Part shown: one piece after another, positions 59,089 to 64,000 of the stretch
Position numbering within the stretch: position 1 is the first letter of the stretch
How the letters are laid out: each line of letters begins with the position of its first letter
IMG/VR virus record: IMGVR_UViG_3300042545_001134
Span: 246,692 to 310,691 of that record
DNA: 64,000 nucleotides
Strand: one strand, 5' to 3'
Program-made: the position numbers and the translations under genes
Notes under the pieces: model-generated
What the model saw: only the letters and a program-made list of their open reading frames with translations
Databases searched by the model: none
What the model was told of the DNA's origin: nothing

Positions 59089-59122
59089 TAAATAAATCGT
59101 TAAAGACAACAATCGTTTATAT

Positions 59123-59194
59123 GGCCCTTTCGACTATCGGTTAGGTCGTCAGGTTTTCATCCTGAAAAGTCGGGTTCGATTCCCGGAGGGGCTA
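59123..59194 (+). tRNA. tRNA-Glu(TTC)
   Basis: TCAGG-TT TTC AT-CCTGA. Confidence 0.92.
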
Positions 59195-59217
59195 CAATGG
59201 AATTAAATTAAACCAAT

Positions 59218-59457
59218 ATGTTAGAAAGAATATTAGGAATTTACGAAGATGAAGGATTACTTATCGCTGATGGATTCGATGATGCAGTAATTGGAATTGA
59301 TGAATCGTCAATGAGAGTAATCTATTCGGTTGCCAAATGTCTCCACATTTTAGAACGTGATATGGAGATGATTGATGCGATTGAATACTTTGAATTTAAC
59401 GTAAAAGGCGCATACGTTGGAGACAAGACTCCGATATGGTGTGAAGATTTTTTTTAA
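59218..59457 (+). CDS. Conserved phage hypothetical protein
   Basis: ADGFDDAVIG...EYFEFNV.GAYVG..TP motif seen in many phages. Confidence 0.8.
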   Translation: MLERILGIYEDEGLLIADGFDDAVIGIDESSMRVIYSVAKCLHILERDMEMIDAIEYFEFNVKGAYVGDKTPIWCEDFF

Positions 59458-59459
59458 TT

Positions 59460-59669
59460 ATGATTAATTATTTAGGTTACTTCGCAACATTCTTAACTCT
59501 ACTTTCTTTTTCTTTTAAAAATATTACAAAATTAAGAATTGTTAGTTCAACGTCATGTGTGTTTTGGATTGTTTATGGGTGTTTAAAAAATGATTATCCA
59601 ATCATCAGCACAAATGTTTTAATAATCATAATACATGTGTACTACCTACTAAAAACAAAAAATAAATAA
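59460..59669 (+). CDS. YgjV/PQ-loop-like small membrane protein
   Basis: LGY.AT...L.SF......KLR......FWIVYG.....P.I.TN. Confidence 0.7.
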   Translation: MINYLGYFATFLTLLSFSFKNITKLRIVSSTSCVFWIVYGCLKNDYPIISTNVLIIIIHVYYLLKTKNK

Positions 59670-59676
59670 ACTTTTG

Positions 59677-59695
59677 TATATTTGTATATACTTAT
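59677..59695 (+). promoter_or_regulatory. Promoter elements for tRNA array 2 (TATATTTG and TACTTAT)
   Basis: TAnnTTTG at 59677-59684, TAYTTAT at 59689-59695. Confidence 0.6.
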
Positions 59696-59702
59696 TAAAA
59701 CA

Positions 59703-59801
59703 ATGATGAACTTGGATAACATACAACAACTGTCTAACAACCCGATAAGTGGTAATGGGAGAGGTACGTATTTATGTCACCCAAGTTCGGAATCCAAATG
59801 A
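59703..59801 (+). CDS. Putative attenuator leader peptide 2 (32 aa, MMNLDNIQQLSNNPISGNGRGTYLCHPSSESK)
   Basis: Same layout as leader 1; GTTCGG (59785-59790) is complementary to CCGAAC in the terminator 5' arm. Confidence 0.65.
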   Translation: MMNLDNIQQLSNNPISGNGRGTYLCHPSSESK

Positions 59802-59830
59802 ATGTAAGAATTTTAAACTCTATACTCACG

Positions 59831-59872
59831 AGACCCGAACATCCCAAAAAGATTTTCGGGTTTTTTGTTTTT
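59831..59872 (+). terminator. Intrinsic terminator/attenuator upstream of tRNA array 2
   Basis: ACCCGAA-C-ATC-loop-GAT-T-TTCGGGT plus U tract. Confidence 0.82.
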
Positions 59873-59929
59873 AGAGATATTCTTTTGTATATTTGTGATG
59901 TAGTTCTTTGACATGTTGGTGAAAAAAAT

Positions 59930-60014
59930 GCTGAGGTGATGGAATGGTAGACATGACAGACTTAAAATCTGTTGAGTAGTAATGCTCGTGTGGGTTCGAC
60001 TCCCATCCTCAGTA
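59930..60014 (+). tRNA. tRNA-Leu(TAA)
   Basis: ACAGA-CT TAA AA-TCTGT, long variable arm. Confidence 0.93.
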
Positions 60015-60015
60015 C

Positions 60016-60218
60016 AAAAAACAATACCTTACATAAGACGGATTAGCACCGTTGAAAGGAACCTTGGCTTCAATCGGAGTAATTACCGTAACCGAAGTAA
60101 TAATGACCCAAGGTACTATGTGATGGACCCTGCTCTATGGTGCACTCATAACAGGTGAACAGTAAACTATGTTCAATCAAATTCAAAACCACGGTGAGCG
60201 TGGAAGGTATTGTTTTTT
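60016..60218 (+). ncRNA. Unassigned structured RNA C (multibranch, ~200 nt)
   Basis: Perfect 15-bp closing helix AAAAAACAATACCTT/AAGGTATTGTTTTTT enclosing five helices. Confidence 0.7.
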
Positions 60219-60225
60219 ATTTAAC

Positions 60226-60300
60226 GCACCCGTAGCTCAGCTGGATTAGAGCAACTGCCTTCTAAGCAGTAGGTCACAGGTTCGAATCCTGTCGGGTGTA
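60226..60300 (+). tRNA. tRNA-Arg(TCT)
   Basis: ACTGC-CT TCT AA-GCAGT. Confidence 0.93.
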
Positions 60301-60341
60301 CAAATGGAGTCCTTTACTTTATCCTTTTATATTCATATAAT

Positions 60342-60986
60342 ATGGAAAAAAGTATGAGATATAAAAAAAAATTAAACAGTGAGTGTAAATGGTGTGGGGA
60401 AACCTTTAATGTAGAAGATAAACCAAAAGGTTTCATGGCAAATCATAGTAGATGGTGTGTAAAAAACCCAAATAAAAATGATTACATGAAAACTCTATCA
60501 AAAAATAGAAAATCAATTACCGAAGAATCCAGAAAATTGGCAGGAAAATCGATATCGAAAGCATGGGAAAACGGTTCGTATTCTCATGTTAAGTTTAATA
60601 GCTTCCAAGGAAGAACACACACCGAAGAAGCGAAAGAAAAAATAAGAAGAGCACAACTATTATTAAATTACCGAAGACTTAGAAAACATCAAGTAATGTA
60701 TAAAGATGTGTTATTAGATAGTAGTTGGGAATTAGCGTTAGCAATCCGTTTAGATGAATTAAACATAAAATGGATACGACCTGAACGCATTATGTGGATT
60801 GATAAAAATAATTTAAAACGTTCATATTATCCTGATTTTTATTTAAACGATTATGATATGTATTTGGACCCAAAAAATCCAGCGGCATATCAAAATCAAA
60901 TTGAAAAAATTGAAATTTTAAAAAACACAATTCCAAATTTAAAGTTCATTTTAAGTTTGAAAGAATGTAAGGAGTTTAACATATAG
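60342..60986 (+). CDS. Free-standing homing-endonuclease-like protein (Zn finger, NUMOD3, PD-(D/E)xK)
   Basis: CKWC...H..WC; GRTHTEEAKEKIR; DSSWE...YYPDFYL......DPK. Confidence 0.8.
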   Translation: MEKSMRYKKKLNSECKWCGETFNVEDKPKGFMANHSRWCVKNPNKNDYMKTLSKNRKSITEESRKLAGKSISKAWENGSYSHVKFNSFQGRTHTEEAKEKIRRAQLLLNYRRLRKHQVMYKDVLLDSSWELALAIRLDELNIKWIRPERIMWIDKNNLKRSYYPDFYLNDYDMYLDPKNPAAYQNQIEKIEILKNTIPNLKFILSLKECKEFNI

Positions 60987-61058
60987 GGAATTAGCGTAGT
61001 TCGGTATCGCGCTTGGTTTGGGACCAAGAGGTCGTCAGTTCGAATCTGGCATTCCCTA
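60985..61058 (+). tRNA. tRNA-Pro(TGG)
   Basis: CTTGG-TT TGG GA-CCAAG. Confidence 0.92.
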
Positions 61059-61063
61059 CAAAT

Positions 61064-61137
61064 TCCTCGATAGCTCAGTCGGTTAGAGCATTTGACTGTT
61101 AATCAAAGGGTCCCAAGTTCGAGTCTTGGTCGGGGAG
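61064..61137 (+). tRNA. tRNA-Asn(GTT)
   Basis: TTTGA-CT GTT AA-TCAAA. Confidence 0.93.
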
Positions 61138-61146
61138 CAAATAAAT

Positions 61147-61220
61147 ACCTTCGTAGGAGAACTGGTATATCCACTGCACTTAGGATGCAGATTTTGTGGG
61201 TTCGAATCCCACCGAAGGTA
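61147..61220 (+). tRNA. tRNA with TAG (Leu) anticodon and short variable loop
   Basis: CTGCA-CT TAG GA-TGCAG; 5-nt variable loop; A73. Confidence 0.85.
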
Positions 61221-61225
61221 CAAAT

Positions 61226-61353
61226 AGTCAGGTGGCGGAAAGATTACGGCGCTGGGATAAAAACTGGGGCCTTGATAATCGTGGTAGACGCCCTGTTTCT
61301 AGACGATGGCCGAAAGCAAGATTTCGGTACAGGTTCAAATCCTGTCCTGACTA
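61226..61353 (+). ncRNA. tRNA-like RNA with D-loop insertion and irregular anticodon arm
   Basis: Acceptor AGTCAGG/CCTGACT, T arm ACAGG-TTCAAAT-CCTGT, split GCGGAA...TGGTAGACGC D arm. Confidence 0.75.
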
Positions 61354-61363
61354 CAAACATTAT

Positions 61364-61445
61364 TGGAAGGTGGGTGAGTGGTTAAAACCGACAGACTGTA
61401 AATCTGTTCCCATTGGGTACGGGGGTTCAAATCCCTCCCTTCCAA
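61364..61445 (+). tRNA. tRNA-Tyr(GTA)
   Basis: ACAGA-CT GTA AA-TCTGT, long variable arm. Confidence 0.93.
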
Positions 61446-61461
61446 CTTAAAAATTATTATT

Positions 61462-62037
61462 ATGGCAAGAAGTAAAATTTTATCTGACTTATTAAAATCC
61501 ATAACTCCTGAAATGGAAGAAAAGTGGAAACAGGAAAGAATGAATTATAAAAAAAGTTTAAGTATCGAATATCAATTGGGGTATTATGTTGGGTTGGAAA
61601 TTGTACATCGTTACTTACCAACACTATCAACTGATATGATTCAATCGAATTATGTAATTGAGGTATCTCAGATGGATTCTGAGGAGAACAAACGATTAGA
61701 AGTGGAATGGTTCACAACCACCAAACACGGTGGAGAATGGGATGGTAAAAGTGATAACGGTAATAAAGAAAGATGGGATGATTTATTTGACCACAATAAA
61801 ATGTTGGAGGTAAAATATCTACCACATACTTTAACATGTCACATGGATGTTTTGAACATCAACGACATGAAACAATTTAAAGAGGGAATAAGAACAAGTC
61901 TATGGGATTGTGATATGTGTTCATATAATATCGATATCGAAAACATAAAAATTTATGACGATGAGGATATTAGATTTACAATTATTGAATTCACATTGGA
62001 TTCATTAAATGATACTAAAACAGATGAAGAGATTTAA
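61462..62037 (+). CDS. Hypothetical protein
   Basis: 191 aa ORF. Confidence 0.7.
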   Translation: MARSKILSDLLKSITPEMEEKWKQERMNYKKSLSIEYQLGYYVGLEIVHRYLPTLSTDMIQSNYVIEVSQMDSEENKRLEVEWFTTTKHGGEWDGKSDNGNKERWDDLFDHNKMLEVKYLPHTLTCHMDVLNINDMKQFKEGIRTSLWDCDMCSYNIDIENIKIYDDEDIRFTIIEFTLDSLNDTKTDEEI

Positions 62038-62713
62038 GATTATATCAGTAGTGGTGGTAACACTAACAATTTTATTTGCGTCACTCATGTTAATTTCAAG
62101 TCAATCCTTGAAAAGTGTGAAGGTAAAAAAAGATGTGGTTAAATCACCGTCTTTAAATGTGGATACGGTTGTTGATGTGAATGGTAAACATGTTTTGTTT
62201 ATTGGTGATTCTCACACCGCAAATCATGACTTTGGTTGGCAAGTTATTCTGTGTCAGAAAACGGGGATGAAAATGAATAACACCGCAGTTATAGGTAAAC
62301 ACTTACCATGGATGGTATCTGTCGCAAGACAAACAATTTCACCCTATTATGATTATTGTTTTATCTACGGTGGTGCAAATGATATCCATGGAAATCGAAA
62401 TCCATATTCTGTTGTTAAAGACGTTCAGAAGATTGTTGAGATGTGCACAATGAATGGGGTTGAGGCAATTGTTCTTACAGGGTTTAATGCAGAAGAATGT
62501 GTTAGACCGTTAAAAGGACAAGAATTTTATCCAAAGGCGTACACTCGTTATCAAAAAATATTGATGGATAGTATCGTAGATGCAACTGTTGTTGATACAA
62601 GAGTGGTGGTGAGAACGGATTGCGGTGATTGGACTTGTCACATGCACCCAACGGGACATAGAAAAGTGGCAAACGCAGTTATTAAACAAATGAACTTTAA
62701 AACAAAAAACTGA
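62024..62713 (+). CDS. SGNH/GDSL hydrolase with N-terminal membrane anchor
   Basis: FIGDSHT, GGAND, D..CH...GH. Confidence 0.85.
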   Translation: MKRFKIISVVVVTLTILFASLMLISSQSLKSVKVKKDVVKSPSLNVDTVVDVNGKHVLFIGDSHTANHDFGWQVILCQKTGMKMNNTAVIGKHLPWMVSVARQTISPYYDYCFIYGGANDIHGNRNPYSVVKDVQKIVEMCTMNGVEAIVLTGFNAEECVRPLKGQEFYPKAYTRYQKILMDSIVDATVVDTRVVVRTDCGDWTCHMHPTGHRKVANAVIKQMNFKTKN

Positions 62714-63318
62714 TGACAAAATATACCTTAGTAATCGGTGGTTGGGAGTTGAACGCTTCCGGTCATCAACTCACAAACGAAGAAGTTGTAAAACTTAGAA
62801 ACCACATGTCTGAAAATGGTATCGATGATTTAAGTTCAATGGGATTTGACATTGAAGAAGTTTTAAATTATGATATATTCGATGCGAATATGTGGGTGAT
62901 GGATAAACCTCTTTGGAATGGTACACCACACTTCATGGTATTCAAATCGGATGACATGGAAAATAGAGTTCTTGAATTCGAAGAAAAAGAAATGTCTGAC
63001 CATTATGAAGTAGATGAAGATGCAGATTACGGTGACACATTTAACGGATTTCCAATTGAAGGTGAGGAGGAAAATATCATCCTTTGGTTAGAAGAAAATA
63101 AAGGATGGGTATGTGACTTTGAATTTGAGTCTGATGAAATTCCAACTGCAAAAGATTTCAGTATGGTTGGTGGTTGTATTGAAACACCTAACGGAGATTG
63201 GGACTTTATTGATAAAATGTACTTCAAGGGTAAAGAACTTCAGATGGACTTTAACCACCAAGAAACTCGAGGTAAGGCATTAACAATAGAACTTTGGACA
63301 TTAGAAAACACCAAATAA
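62713..63318 (+). CDS. Acidic hypothetical protein
   Basis: 201 aa ORF. Confidence 0.7.
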   Translation: MTKYTLVIGGWELNASGHQLTNEEVVKLRNHMSENGIDDLSSMGFDIEEVLNYDIFDANMWVMDKPLWNGTPHFMVFKSDDMENRVLEFEEKEMSDHYEVDEDADYGDTFNGFPIEGEEENIILWLEENKGWVCDFEFESDEIPTAKDFSMVGGCIETPNGDWDFIDKMYFKGKELQMDFNHQETRGKALTIELWTLENTK

Positions 63319-63319
63319 A

Positions 63320-63535
63320 ATGAACGAAAATTTAGATAACAACTTAAAATCAATTATTGCTGAAAAAATTGAAAACTCCGGATTTTATAAACTTCAAGGA
63401 GTAGCCCCTGACGGATTCAAATTATTACCAATTGAGGTAATCGAAGATTTGAAAGAATTTGAAAATTGGAAAGAGTTCAAACACAACGAACAATGGCTTG
63501 ACGCTCAGTCAAAAATCTATATGAAAGACAAATAA
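63320..63535 (+). CDS. Hypothetical protein
   Basis: 71 aa ORF. Confidence 0.65.
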   Translation: MNENLDNNLKSIIAEKIENSGFYKLQGVAPDGFKLLPIEVIEDLKEFENWKEFKHNEQWLDAQSKIYMKDK

Positions 63536-63598
63536 TTAAAAATATTTGTTTATTTAAAAAAATGATTGTATCTTTGTATTACTAAAAGAAATAAAGAT

Positions 63599-63856
63599 AT
63601 GCCAAAATTTAGCACCTACGTAGATGTTGATATCCATGAATTTATGGGAGAATGTAGCAAAAGAGAAATTAAAGAACTTATTGATTATTTGGTTCAAGAT
63701 GGACACATTAATTCAAGTTCAATCATCGTCCCAAGTAAGAAAAACTCATTGATGGAAATTGAACACATCGAAACATGTAATAAATTATCATCAGTTTATC
63801 TTAGAATGAATCGTGAAGACTGGGAGTTAATAAAACAAATCGCATCGAAATATTAA
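63599..63856 (+). CDS. Hypothetical protein
   Basis: ATG 63599 downstream of TATCTTTG (63569-63576). Confidence 0.65.
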   Translation: MPKFSTYVDVDIHEFMGECSKREIKELIDYLVQDGHINSSSIIVPSKKNSLMEIEHIETCNKLSSVYLRMNREDWELIKQIASKY

Positions 63857-63868
63857 TCATAATTAAAT

Positions 63869-63940
63869 TGGGCATTAGCTCAGCGGTAGAGCTCTCGACT
63901 GTTAATCGAGTGGTCCTAGGTTCAAATCCTAGATGCCCAG
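63869..63940 (+). tRNA. tRNA-Asn(GTT), second divergent copy
   Basis: CTCGA-CT GTT AA-TCGAG, G73. Confidence 0.92.
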
Positions 63941-63948
63941 CAATATAT

Positions 63949-64000
63949 TGCGATATTGGTGTAAGGTCGGTCTCATGAGCCGAGTTGGTAGATATACCCC
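63949..64000 (+). tRNA. Partial CAT-anticodon tRNA-like element (cut by the window end)
   Basis: TCGGT-CT CAT GA-GCCGA arm; D arm unclear; T arm not visible. Confidence 0.35.

Noticed and set aside
57095-60218. Structured RNAs as tmRNA, RNase P, SRP or 6S RNA
   Set aside because: None shows the diagnostic ends or conserved cores by eye, so they are left unassigned pending an Rfam search
61295-61305. CTA in the tRNA-like RNA as an amber suppressor, implying TAG recoding
   Set aside because: There is no regular 5-bp stem with a 7-nt loop, and the core genes translate full-length in code 11
56794-61450. Track ORFs 56794-57207, 57229-57441, 61092-61385, 61196-61450 and the 5' extensions of 57359 and 58606
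   Set aside because: They overlap clear tRNA genes

Overview
This is a 64 kb, AT-rich segment of a large T4-like (gp17/gp20/gp21/gp23-type) bacteriophage in genetic code 11. The host is most likely in the Bacteroidota, judging from TAnnTTTG promoters, absent Shine-Dalgarno sites, a T9SS C-terminal sorting domain and a phage-encoded bS21. In order, the window holds: a family B DNA polymerase (cut by the window start); tail/baseplate-type proteins; putative internal head proteins; three glycosyltransferases, dUTPase, PhoH and a gp55-like sigma factor; the head and packaging module with bS21; ClpC; a tRNA-repair trio (kinase, Rnl1 ligase, cyclic-phosphate receiver); an 8-gene envelope operon (T9SS-tagged cohesin/dockerin scaffold, C-type lectin-dockerin, CsgG-like protein, beta-barrel); and two tRNA arrays (21 complete tRNAs, one tRNA-like RNA, three unassigned structured RNAs). 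The best novel candidate is that each tRNA array is preceded by a promoter, a ~30-codon leader ORF, an antiterminator and an intrinsic terminator. The codons of each leader match the tRNAs of its own array, which suggests ribosome-stalling attenuators that switch on replacement tRNAs when host tRNAs are depleted or cleaved. The second candidate is the phage-encoded cohesin-dockerin-lectin surface assembly. All family calls come from motif recognition by eye; no database searches or folding programs were run.
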